From positions 54,199 through 118,198 of the forward strand of contig CAVVOB010000014.1 in NCBI GenBank assembly GCA_963749655.1: 64,000 nucleotides of DNA, given 5' to 3'. Both the position numbers and the translations under genes were made by a program. The stretch comes from Nitrospirota bacterium. Its GTDB lineage: Bacteria; Nitrospirota; UBA9217. The stretch's first letter is position 1; each line of letters starts with the position of its first letter. The notes below the pieces were generated by a model. It was not told the DNA's origin. It did no database searches and saw nothing but the letters and a program-made list of their open reading frames with translations. Positions 18,962-27,579 of this stretch are shown here, piece by piece.

Positions 18962-19570
18962 ATGAACAGACTCTGTATGACCATACACGCGAACCGGTAT
19001 CGGGCCGCGATCATCGCGCTGTCGGCGCTCTTCTTGTGCGCTGCCTTCAGCTCCGGCGTATATGCAGACGCGGCGGGTGCAAACCGCCCTGCGACATGGG
19101 CTGCGCCGGTTTCCGTAAAAGGCGCGCCGAACCTGCACAAGGTTAACGACGGACTCTACCGCAGCGCACAGCCCACAAAAGAGGGAATGAAAAACCTGGA
19201 GAGGCTGGGCATCCGCACGGTCATCAACCTCCGCGCTTTCCATTCAGACTCAGATGAGCTCAAAGGGACAACACTGTTGAACTCGGAGTTGAGCATCAAG
19301 ACCTGGCACATCGAGGATGAGGATGTCGTCAAGGTCCTTCGGATCCTTGCGCACAAGGAAAACGGCCCCTTTCTGATCCACTGCCAGCACGGCGCCGACC
19401 GGACCGGCGTCATGTCCGCGATGTACCGGATCGTGGTCCAGGGCTGGTCCAAGGAGGACGCGATCGACGAAATGGTGAATGGTGGATACGGGTTCCATTC
19501 CGTCTGGTCGAACGTGATCGACTATGTGCGCAAGGTTGATATCGACAGGATCAAAAAGCAAACAGAATAG
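18962..19570 (+). CDS. secreted CX5R protein-tyrosine/dual-specificity-type phosphatase
   Basis: ATG behind AGGAGG. Signal peptide present. LYRSAQP and HCQHGADRTG (CX5R P-loop) resemble atypical DSP/Y_phosphatase families. Confidence 0.7.
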   Translation: MNRLCMTIHANRYRAAIIALSALFLCAAFSSGVYADAAGANRPATWAAPVSVKGAPNLHKVNDGLYRSAQPTKEGMKNLERLGIRTVINLRAFHSDSDELKGTTLLNSELSIKTWHIEDEDVVKVLRILAHKENGPFLIHCQHGADRTGVMSAMYRIVVQGWSKEDAIDEMVNGGYGFHSVWSNVIDYVRKVDIDRIKKQTE

Positions 19571-19765
19571 CCGCAGCTTCGGCTGTCTGCACGCCCGCCA
19601 TCTTATAAGGGCCCATGACTCGGTTTATCGAATAACCGGATTGAACAAATAAGGGAGGAGACGGGAGGTGGTTGGTACCTCAATTTTTGGACGAGGGTTT
19701 GTATTTTTTCTATGGGAAAACGATAGAGACAGCAATTTTTTTTATTTCAAACAGGAGGAATTCTC

Positions 19766-20266
19766 ATGAAAAGACTTTTGACGGCAATGCTGACGGTGGT
19801 GATGTTCGGCGCGCTCACAGCGAATGCATCTGCGGCGAACGGCCTCAAAGCTGGCGCATTTTCCTTTGGCGTGAACGTGAATGATGATTTTGTGCTTTCA
19901 GGCAAGTATTTTGTCGCGAATGACCTTGCAATTCTTGCGCTCTTCGGCCTCGGTCAGAAGGGAGGCGACGCCTCGGGCACCGACCTCGGAATCGGCGCAG
20001 GCATCAGGAAGTATCTCTCCACCGAGGACTTCGCGCCCTTTTTCGGCGGCGTCGTATCCTACCGGAGCACGCGGGACGGCGACCTGAAGGAGACAAGTAT
20101 TATGGGACTGTTCGGCGCTGAATACTTTTTTGAGAAACGCTTCAGTGTGGAAGGAAACGTGGGCTTCGGATACACCTCAACGGACACCACCACGGGGCCG
20201 ACCACGGTGACGGAGAACACCCTCGGCACCCAGCGGTTCGGTTTGAACCTGAACTTTTATTTCTGA
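19766..20266 (+). CDS. small outer-membrane beta-barrel protein
   Basis: RBS AGGAGG and a signal peptide. Alternating amphipathic strands. C-terminal LNLNFYF with a terminal Phe. Confidence 0.7.
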   Translation: MKRLLTAMLTVVMFGALTANASAANGLKAGAFSFGVNVNDDFVLSGKYFVANDLAILALFGLGQKGGDASGTDLGIGAGIRKYLSTEDFAPFFGGVVSYRSTRDGDLKETSIMGLFGAEYFFEKRFSVEGNVGFGYTSTDTTTGPTTVTENTLGTQRFGLNLNFYF

Positions 20267-20287
20267 CGAACAGACACTTTTCATCGA

Positions 20288-20320
20288 GTCCCCGGCGCCG
20301 TCTGCGCCGGGGACTTTTTT
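20288..20320 (+). terminator. rho-independent terminator
   Basis: GTCCCCGGCGC-cgtct-GCGCCGGGGAC followed by TTTTTT. Confidence 0.8.
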
Positions 20321-20386
20321 GCGGAGGGCCCGGCACCTTGCGCTTTTTACGCCAATCGATTATCATGGCTGCGGGAGATAAAAACC

Positions 20387-21439
20387 ATGTTCAGGAACAA
20401 CACTCCGGCAGCCTTGATCGTTCTGCTCTTCTCAGCTCTCGCCCTGTCGGGCTGCGCGCGACTTCCGATCCCTGCGCCGTCGGCGCCGATCGCACCCATG
20501 GCCGAGCCCTCAGTCCCCGACTCCACGATCACCATCCCGGTCGCGATCGAGGTGCCTCCGCTTGCAGCTGACCCCGACAGGGAGAATGCCTTTGCCGGAG
20601 CGATCAGAAATTTCATCGGGAGGCAGGCGGCGAAATTGGCAACCAGCGATCTTACAGGCAATCCGTTCCTTCGCCGGCAGATCGAAAAAGTATGGGACGC
20701 GCTCCAGGCCCCCTTGCCCCTCTCTGACGGCGTTTCGCTTCTTCTCGATCCGCAATCCCTCACCGCGGCGCCCCTGGAAGGGACCGGCGCGCGGACAGGG
20801 GTCGTCGTGTCGATCACTGCGCGGCCGCGGCTTATGGCGGGCGCCCTGCCGCCCCGGACCGCTTCGCGGCTGCCGTCCTTCTCCGTAGCGACGGCTGCGC
20901 CGGAAAAGGGTTTTCACCTCGCGCTGCAGACCGAGTTGTCCTTCGACTACCTGGGAAATGAATTGACAAAAAAGCTGGGAGGCACGACCTACCAGGTCAA
21001 GGGTGCGTCCTTCACTGTCGGGAAAGTGGGGGTCTTCGGCTCCGGCTGTTCGATTGTCCTGGCAGTCGGCATCAAGGGATCAGTCGGCGGCACGGTCTAC
21101 CTGACCGGCACGCCCGTCTATGACGAAGCCACGAGGTCCTTTGTCGTTCGGGATGTCGAGTATACCCTGGAAACAACGCAGGTCCTTGCAAAACTGGCCG
21201 ACTGGGTGCTTCACAGCGGGCTTCGCGACAATCTCGCCGGCCGCGCAACCTGGCCGATGGGAGACAGGATCGATCAGGCAAGAGAACGCCTCTCCCGTGC
21301 GCTGAACCGTGAGATCAATCCTCATGTGCGCATGCAGGGAGAGATCACCTCTCTCGCGACGATCGCGGTCGGGTTGACGCCCTCCTCCGTCAAGGCAGTT
21401 CTCCTGGCCGACGGAGTGGTCGAAGTGAACGTACATTAA
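20387..21439 (+). CDS. lipoprotein of unknown function (possibly DUF4403-like)
   Basis: Lipobox ALALSGC in a 350-aa ORF. The family name comes from memory of similar lipoproteins and was not verified. Confidence 0.55.
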   Translation: MFRNNTPAALIVLLFSALALSGCARLPIPAPSAPIAPMAEPSVPDSTITIPVAIEVPPLAADPDRENAFAGAIRNFIGRQAAKLATSDLTGNPFLRRQIEKVWDALQAPLPLSDGVSLLLDPQSLTAAPLEGTGARTGVVVSITARPRLMAGALPPRTASRLPSFSVATAAPEKGFHLALQTELSFDYLGNELTKKLGGTTYQVKGASFTVGKVGVFGSGCSIVLAVGIKGSVGGTVYLTGTPVYDEATRSFVVRDVEYTLETTQVLAKLADWVLHSGLRDNLAGRATWPMGDRIDQARERLSRALNREINPHVRMQGEITSLATIAVGLTPSSVKAVLLADGVVEVNVH

Positions 21440-21480
21440 TCTAGCATAGTGCATAGAGCATGGCGCAGAGGGGAAGATCT

Positions 21481-21549
21481 CTCTGCTCTCTGCTCTCTGC
21501 TCTCTGCTCTCTGCTCTCTGCTCTCTGCTCTCTGCTCTCTGCTCTCTGC
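21481..21549. repeat. (CTCTGCT)n microsatellite, about 9.9 copies
   Basis: Perfect 7-bp tandem repeat between the convergent gene ends at 21439 and 21551. Confidence 0.95.
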
Positions 21550-21550
21550 C

Positions 21551-22048
21551 TTACCTGTCGTCGCGATCATGACCGCGTCCGCGATTGCCCCGCCCTTTTC
21601 CGCGCCCTTCGTCCTGCCCTTCTCCGCGCTTGTCCCAGTGCCGGTCCTTCTCCCAGGCGCGCCAGTTCCTCCTTACATCGCCATAGGGTACGCGTTCGTA
21701 CTGAGACGGCGCCCCACGATAATGAGCAGGCACTGTCCGCACCGCGTGAGGAACTTTTTTAACGGCTTTCCAGGGGCCGTTGTACTCCGCAGAGATGAAC
21801 CACCTGCTGCGGTACGAGCGGTACCAGTAGCCGTGGTAGAACAGGATGTCGGCATCCACGTCAGGCGGATAATAGACATAAGTCCCGGGTATGACGATCA
21901 AAAAAGGTGCGGCCGGGATGACCAGGCGCGGCAGGGGAACACCGACGTGAATGTCGACATCCACGCCTGCGTCGGCCGCCGGAGCGGCGGCCATAAAAGT
22001 AAACCACGCTGCGACTGCTGCCAGTGATGCCAGAAATCTGTTGATCAT
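21551..22048 (-). CDS. secreted protein of unknown function with a basic Gly/Arg-rich tail
   Basis: Signal peptide MINRFLASLAAVAAWFTFMAAAPAADA. Aromatic-rich core (YHGYWYRSYRSRW). RGKGRGNRGRGHDRDDR tail. Confidence 0.55.
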   Translation of the reverse strand: MINRFLASLAAVAAWFTFMAAAPAADAGVDVDIHVGVPLPRLVIPAAPFLIVIPGTYVYYPPDVDADILFYHGYWYRSYRSRWFISAEYNGPWKAVKKVPHAVRTVPAHYRGAPSQYERVPYGDVRRNWRAWEKDRHWDKRGEGQDEGRGKGRGNRGRGHDRDDR

Positions 22049-22411
22049 GATGATACCTCCTTCTTTTGCCGGACGATCCGGGCAGTCATGTAACTATTCT
22101 GCCACGTCCTTTCCATAAAATCAAGGTTCTCTCCTTCTGCCCCTCCTGTTTGTCATAACCGGGCTACTTAGGTATGAAGAGTAAAGCAGCAAAGACTTTC
22201 CACGATCCTTCCCTGTCATGAGAGCCGCAAGGCGCAAATATCTGCTATCATTTTGTCATGGGGTCCTGCGTGGGAAAGCGACGGTAAGGCGACGATGATT
22301 CGACGAGAAGCGATATGACCCGCTCAGAGTCGACTGCTGTTTGTTGTCGATTCTTGTCAGCGTTCAAGGCGTCGCCCTTTTGAGTGCAGGACAGACGGAA
22401 AGGAGCACACC

Positions 22412-23473
22412 ATGCGTTATCGATTATTCGGCAACACCGGTATTTATATATCCGAGCTGACGCTCGGCACCATGACCTTCGGCGGAAAGGGCTACTGGGA
22501 GGCGATCGGACGGCTCACCCCGGCGGAAGCGGAGGCGCTCATCGGCACGGCGCTTGACGCGGGCGTGAATGCAATCGACACGGCGGACGTCTACTCCGAA
22601 GGCGAAGCCGAGAAGCACGTCGGCGCCGCCCTCGCGTCGCTGAACCGTCCGCGCCACCGGATCATCGTCGCGACAAAAGCGCGCGGCAGGACCGGCCCCG
22701 GTCCGAACGACATCGGCCTGTCTCGCGGCCATATCCTATCGGCCGTTGACGCCAGCCTGAAGCGCCTGCGGCTCGACTACATCGATCTGTACCAGATCCA
22801 CGGCACGGACCTCGATACGCCGATCGAGGAGACCATGCGCGCCCTGGACGACGTGGTCCGTGCGGGCAAGGTCCGCTACATCGGATACTGCAACCTTCCG
22901 GCCTGGCATGCGATGAAGGCGAATGCCTATGCCGAAGCGCGCGGCCTCACCCGCTTCGTGAGCGCCCAGATGTACTACTCGATAGCGGGCAGGGACATCG
23001 AGCGCGAAGTCGTGCCCTTTGCCGCGGACCAGGGCCTTGCCATTCTTCCCTGGAGCCCGCTCGCAGGCGGCCTGCTCTCGGGCAAGTTCGACCTCGAGAA
23101 GCCGGGGCCCGAGGGCGCCAGGAGAACGTCTTTCGATTTCCCGCCTGTTGACCGAGAGCGGGCGAAGAACGTGCTTGGCGTGATGCGCCCCATTGCCGCG
23201 AGCCTGGGGGTTTCGGTGGCGCGGGTGGCCCTGGCCTGGATGCTGACGCGGCCCTTTGTCACGAGCATCATCATCGGCGCGAAAACAAAGGAGCAGCTCA
23301 TGGACAACCTCGCAGCCGGCGATTTGCAGCTTTCCGCGGAGCAGGTGGCCCGCCTCGACGAAGCGGGCGCGCTCCCGAAAGAGTATCCCGGCTGGATGGT
23401 AGAGCGCCAGGACCGCGACCGCAGGCCCGTGGCGGAAGCAAACAAGGAGCCGGCAATCAAGAAGGCGGCGTAA
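22412..23473 (+). CDS. aldo/keto reductase
   Basis: GTMTFGG, IDTADVYSEGEAE, DLYQIH and IIGAKT motifs of the AKR family. Confidence 0.85.
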   Translation: MRYRLFGNTGIYISELTLGTMTFGGKGYWEAIGRLTPAEAEALIGTALDAGVNAIDTADVYSEGEAEKHVGAALASLNRPRHRIIVATKARGRTGPGPNDIGLSRGHILSAVDASLKRLRLDYIDLYQIHGTDLDTPIEETMRALDDVVRAGKVRYIGYCNLPAWHAMKANAYAEARGLTRFVSAQMYYSIAGRDIEREVVPFAADQGLAILPWSPLAGGLLSGKFDLEKPGPEGARRTSFDFPPVDRERAKNVLGVMRPIAASLGVSVARVALAWMLTRPFVTSIIIGAKTKEQLMDNLAAGDLQLSAEQVARLDEAGALPKEYPGWMVERQDRDRRPVAEANKEPAIKKAA

Positions 23474-23504
23474 ACTCGGGTCAAGCTCTGATCAAACGAG
23501 AGAC

Positions 23505-23604
23505 AAATTTTCGCGCAGAGACGCCGGGACGCTGAGAGAAAGTGCGCGTGCCTTTCCAGAGCATCTCCCTCCGCGCCTCTGCGTCTCCGCGCGGGACTAA
23601 TTTT
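23505..23604. repeat. palindromic heptad-repeat intergenic element
   Basis: CGCGCAGAGACGCCGGGACGCTGAGAG faces CTCCCTCCGCGCCTCTGCGTCTCCGCGCG, flanked by AATTTT/AATTTT. Confidence 0.6.
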
Positions 23605-23665
23605 AATCCTGCTGCATGTTAATCAATATTGTTCTATCGTTCTGATCCAGGAAGGAGCAGCATCC

Positions 23666-24637
23666 ATGAAAGCCATCAAAATTTCTAAGAACGGCGATGC
23701 CGACGTTCTGACTTTCACCGACAAGGAACCAAAACCTGTTCCGGGCAGGGGCCAGGCCCTGGTAAAGATCCACACCGCAGGCGTGAACTTTGTCGACATC
23801 TACCAGAGGCGGGGCATGTACCCCGTAAAACTTCCCTATATCCCCGGCCTGGAGGCTGCGGGTGTGGTCGAGGAGACGGGCGAAGCCGTTGCCGATCTGC
23901 ATCCGGGCGACCGGGTCTCCTATACCGGTCATCTCGGCAGCTACAGCGAGTATACGGCGATCGATGCCGAACGCCTGATCCCGCTGCCCGAGGGAATAAC
24001 ATTTTCGCAGGGGGCCGCATTCCCCCTGCAGGCCATGACCGCCCACTACCTGCTCCATGATTTCTATAAACCCGGCTCCGGCGACACGGTCGTGATCCAT
24101 GCCGCAGCCGGAGGAGTCGGCCTTCTTCTCGTACAGTGGGCCAAACACCTGGGCGCCGTGGTCATCGGGACCGTGTCCTCGGAGGAAAAAGCCCGTGCGG
24201 CCCGGGCCGCGGGCGCCGATCATGTTGTCCTCTACACGTCCCAGGATTTTGTGAGCGAGACCAAACGCCTGACGCACGGACGGGGCGCGCAGCTCATCCT
24301 GGACGGCGTAGCGAAGACCACATTCACCGGCGATCTCGAGGCGGCCGCCGTCCGAGGCCATATCGTGGTTTTCGGGTCCGCAAGCGGGCCTGCTGATCCC
24401 GTCCTGCCCAACAGCCTGGGAGCGAAATCGCTGACCATCTCGGGCGGAAGCCTGGGTAATCACATTGCCGCGCGCGAAGACCTGGTCCGCCGGTCCCGTG
24501 CCGTTCTGGGCGGCATCAAGGACGGCTGGCTCAAACTCCACATCGGCCGCGAGTTCCCGCTGTCCGAAGCGAGGGAGGCGCACCGTCTCCTGGAAAATCG
24601 CCAGAGCACGGGCAAGATCATTCTGAAGGTGGTCTAG
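23666..24637 (+). CDS. NADPH:quinone oxidoreductase (zeta-crystallin/MDR family)
   Basis: VKIHTAGVNFVDIYQRRG, AAAGGVG nucleotide-binding motif and C-terminal GKIILKV. Confidence 0.85.
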   Translation: MKAIKISKNGDADVLTFTDKEPKPVPGRGQALVKIHTAGVNFVDIYQRRGMYPVKLPYIPGLEAAGVVEETGEAVADLHPGDRVSYTGHLGSYSEYTAIDAERLIPLPEGITFSQGAAFPLQAMTAHYLLHDFYKPGSGDTVVIHAAAGGVGLLLVQWAKHLGAVVIGTVSSEEKARAARAAGADHVVLYTSQDFVSETKRLTHGRGAQLILDGVAKTTFTGDLEAAAVRGHIVVFGSASGPADPVLPNSLGAKSLTISGGSLGNHIAAREDLVRRSRAVLGGIKDGWLKLHIGREFPLSEAREAHRLLENRQSTGKIILKVV

Positions 24638-24698
24638 GCACAATCGTCCTCTCCACCTATTTCCCGGCATTGCTGTACCATATGATAAAATGAAAAGA

Positions 24699-24892
24699 TT
24701 TTTTACCGCAGAAAACGCAGAGCACGCAGAACACAACTGAGGGGACGACGCTTCGGGCCCTGAATTGGATTGGAAAGGACAAAAAACCATCTCGCGCCAA
24801 GACGCAAAGACGCAAAAAAAGATTTTGAACCCGGAATCAAGTCTTAAGAACTTCTTGCCTTTCTTGGCGGCTTTGCGCCTTTGCGCGAAAAT
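24699..24892. repeat. palindromic heptad-repeat elements (half copy plus full copy)
   Basis: Half copy: TTTTACCGCAGAAAACGCAGAGCACGCAG. Full copy: CGCGCCAAGACGCAAAGACGCAAAAAAAG ... CTTGCCTTTCTTGGCGGCTTTGCGCCTTTGCGCGAAAAT. The right arm is nearly identical to that of the 62.5-kb copy. Confidence 0.65.
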
Positions 24893-24960
24893 AGTTTTCG
24901 CTTCTTCGTTTCGATTCTATTCGAACAATCAGGCTTTCAAGACAGGAGAGGAGAAAAAAC

Positions 24961-25470
24961 GTGACCAATTTCAAAAAGACCGAACCGGAACAGCTCACGG
25001 ACAATCCCTTCAAGCTCATCGGCAAGGACTGGATGCTCATCACCGCAGGCACGACCGATTCGTTCAATACGATGACCGCAAGCTGGGGAGGGCTCGGAGT
25101 CCTGTGGGAAAAGAAAATTGCCGTCTGCTTCATCCGGCCTACACGGTACACCTTTGAATTCATGGAGCGGTCGGGAAGCTACACGCTTTCCTTCTTTGCC
25201 GAACGCCACCGCAAGGCACTTGCTTACTGCGGCAGCCATTCCGGTCGTGATGAGAACAAGATTGCAAAAGCGGGCCTGACGCCGGTTTCGGACAAGGACG
25301 TTGTGTATTTCAAAGAAGCCAGGCTTGTACTGGTCTGCAGAAAACTGTATTCTCAGGACATCGACCCCAAACGCTTCCTCGATCCGGCGATCGAAAATAT
25401 GTATCCGCAGAAGGATTATCACCGGATGTATGTGGGCGAGATCGTGTCGGTACGGAGCTCGGAGCAATAA
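24961..25470 (+). CDS. flavin reductase-like (FMN-binding split barrel) protein
   Basis: GTG start. 169 aa, with the pattern LIGKDWMLITAG...NTMTASWGGLG typical of the family. Confidence 0.7.
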   Translation: MTNFKKTEPEQLTDNPFKLIGKDWMLITAGTTDSFNTMTASWGGLGVLWEKKIAVCFIRPTRYTFEFMERSGSYTLSFFAERHRKALAYCGSHSGRDENKIAKAGLTPVSDKDVVYFKEARLVLVCRKLYSQDIDPKRFLDPAIENMYPQKDYHRMYVGEIVSVRSSEQ

Positions 25471-25490
25471 CTGTAATGCAAGCCTGACAT

Positions 25491-25575
25491 CTTTTACCAC
25501 AGAGAACATCAGGAGAAGGCAAACACCAAAACTTTTTAAATCTTTTCTCTGTGTTCTCTGTGACCTCTGTGGCAA
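25491..25575. repeat. palindromic heptad-repeat intergenic element (CTCTGTG type)
   Basis: TTTTACCACAGAGAACATCAGGAGAAGG ... TTTTCTCTGTGTTCTCTGTGACCTCTGTGG. Confidence 0.6.
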
Positions 25576-25667
25576 AGCATTTATGAGTTTTTTCTGGATT
25601 CCCGGTTTAGCCTGCATTACAACTATTCCGCCTTAATTGCGCGAGGAAGACTTGCAGAAAGGCCCTC

Positions 25668-26336
25668 ATGTGCGGACGATTCGAAATCCACAGCGCCATC
25701 GAGATCATCGCCCGGATCTTCCAGATCGACGACATCTCCTTCGATATCAGGCCGAGCTACAATGTCGCGCCGGGCCAGGATGTCGTCACCGTCGTCTTCA
25801 ATGACGGAATAAACCGGCTCATGACCTGCCGGTGGGGATTCGTGCCGCCGTGGTCAAAGGACCTGAAGAGCGGTTACCGGATGATCAATGCCCGTGAGGA
25901 GAATATCGCCGCGAGTCGCGCGTTCAGGCCGGCCTATGAACGCAGGCGCGGCATCGTCGTCGCCGACGGTTTCTTCGAGTGGAACCGGGAAAAGAAGCCC
26001 TTCTACATCCGGCTGAAGTCCGGGGCCCCCATGGGCTTTGCCGGCCTGTACAGCGTCTGGACCTCGCCCGAGGGAGAGGCTGTCCGCACCTGCGCCGTCA
26101 TCACCACCAATGCCAACGAGCTCGTCGCTCCCCTTCATGACCGTATGCCTGTGATCATGTCGGCGGATAAATACGGCCAATGGCTCGATCCGGACATGCA
26201 CGACCCGGAAAAGCTTCGAAGCCTGCTCAGGCCCTGCCCCGCCAAGGAGATCGAGCTCTACCCCGTGACCTCCCGTGTGAATTCCTTCAAGAACAACGAT
26301 CCGGAAAATATCAGGCCGCTGCGGGAAACGGCTTGA
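25668..26336 (+). CDS. SOS response-associated peptidase (SRAP/YedK family)
   Basis: N-terminal MCGRF catalytic Cys2, YNVAPGQ, INAREE and FFEW motifs. Confidence 0.9.
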   Translation: MCGRFEIHSAIEIIARIFQIDDISFDIRPSYNVAPGQDVVTVVFNDGINRLMTCRWGFVPPWSKDLKSGYRMINAREENIAASRAFRPAYERRRGIVVADGFFEWNREKKPFYIRLKSGAPMGFAGLYSVWTSPEGEAVRTCAVITTNANELVAPLHDRMPVIMSADKYGQWLDPDMHDPEKLRSLLRPCPAKEIELYPVTSRVNSFKNNDPENIRPLRETA

Positions 26337-26423
26337 GACAACCTCACCACCGCGTTCTCTCCTCGCAAACAGGGTAACGACTGTTGTAGAATGTCAGTGT
26401 GAAGCACATTTATAGGAGGGCAC

Positions 26424-27065
26424 ATGAAAACAATCCTCATTGCAACCGCACTGCTGTCGCTGATCATTGCTGTACCTGCATTCGCTGCTGACGACGCTCT
26501 GGCGACTGATACTCAAAGCCAGGCCGTTGTGATCTTTGAGCAGGGAAGCAGCTTCCTTCTGGACAAGAAGTATGAAGAAGCTAAAAAAGCTTTCCGCGAA
26601 GCGATCGCTCTGGACCCGAACTACGTGGAGGCATACGATAGCCTGGGGAAGATTCTGGTGCAGCAGCAGAAGTACAACGAAGCGGTAAAAGAGTTCTCCA
26701 AGGCCCTCGAGCTTTCGTCCGGTGACTTCACGGCGTACTTTAACCGCGGTGTCGCCTTGTATCACCTGGGGAAGCTGGACGACGCGATCCGTGATTTCAC
26801 CGAGGTCATTCGAGTCTACCCGAAGAACCAGGCTGCGTACAATATCCGCGGCATTGCCAAGTTCGAGCAGGGGAAGATCAACGAGGCGATCGAAGACTAC
26901 ACGAAGGCCATCCAGCTCAATCCTGGTTACGCCAAGGCATTCAACAACCGGGCGATCGCCTATCTGAAACAGGGCATGAACGCCGAAGCGGCGCGTGATT
27001 TCGCCAAGTCCGGACAGGCCATGCCCGAATCTACGGAAAAACGTCCCAGCCAGTGTGCCTTTTAA
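26424..27065 (+). CDS. secreted TPR repeat protein
   Basis: Signal peptide, then about five 34-aa TPR units (AIALDPNYVEAY, AYFNRGVALYHLGK, YNIRGIAKFEQGK, FNNRAIAYLKQG). Confidence 0.8.
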   Translation: MKTILIATALLSLIIAVPAFAADDALATDTQSQAVVIFEQGSSFLLDKKYEEAKKAFREAIALDPNYVEAYDSLGKILVQQQKYNEAVKEFSKALELSSGDFTAYFNRGVALYHLGKLDDAIRDFTEVIRVYPKNQAAYNIRGIAKFEQGKINEAIEDYTKAIQLNPGYAKAFNNRAIAYLKQGMNAEAARDFAKSGQAMPESTEKRPSQCAF

Positions 27066-27299
27066 ATGGAGGACTAGGACCGGCGTTTCGGGCCTGAGGC
27101 GCAGGGCGCTGCGAATTTTCCGCACATTCCCGCATGAAAACGCTCTCCGGTTGCCAAATAGTGCGTTTTGTAAACGAATTGCAAAAAGCTTTGCTATACT
27201 ATAGTCACAGGTTCGCATTCACTGCTGAAAGGCGCACAAAAAAACTGTCCGCAACTTGGATGAGGCGATGATTTCGTCACGAGAGACCGAGGAGGGACT

Positions 27300-27467
27300 A
27301 TGAAACATTTCATGTTTATCGAGGACTTGTTCTCCAAACGGCTTGAACCCGTGCAGGAAGAGACTGATTTTCTCGGGTTTGAGGCTTTTTCGAGGCCGAA
27401 CGAGAGGAACGACAGCTCGACGACGACCTCCGCTCCCGACAATAAAGAGATTTCGAAGGCAGCCTGA
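27300..27467 (+). CDS. possible small acidic protein (55 aa)
   Basis: ATG behind GGAGGG, with a promoter-like TTGCAA...TATAGT about 100 nt upstream. Below the ORF-track size cutoff and without a recognisable family. Confidence 0.25.
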   Translation: MKHFMFIEDLFSKRLEPVQEETDFLGFEAFSRPNERNDSSTTTSAPDNKEISKAA

Positions 27468-27579
27468 TTTCCCGCTTCTACGGCAGGTTTCTGATCAATC
27501 ACCGCCCAACGTGTTTGCTATTGTTTTTCCTCTCCATTTTCCAAGCCTTTCCCGCAGCCGCAACATCCAAACACAAATT

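Noticed and set aside
21481-21549. The regular short repeat looked at first glance like a possible CRISPR array.
   Set aside because: The unit is only 7 bp and the copies are contiguous with no spacers. It is a microsatellite.
22160-22200. The minus-strand ATACCTAAGTAGCCCGG upstream of the 21551..22048 gene, considered as a motif variant.
   Set aside because: The hexamers are in the wrong order and phase (10 bp), and no -35 lies at the fixed distance.
23603-24790. A 395-aa minus-strand ORF, and similar ones at 3168..4412 and 4656..5780.
   Set aside because: These are shadow ORFs opposite the quinone oxidoreductase, the repeat lipoprotein and the molybdopterin-binding protein genes.
24765-25157. 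ORFs translated from the heptad-repeat elements (24765..25157, 24837..25163, 62445..62672, 62579..62920).
   Set aside because: The translations are repeat-derived low-complexity strings (for example QDAKTQKK and LCALCGFA) and overlap better-supported genes.
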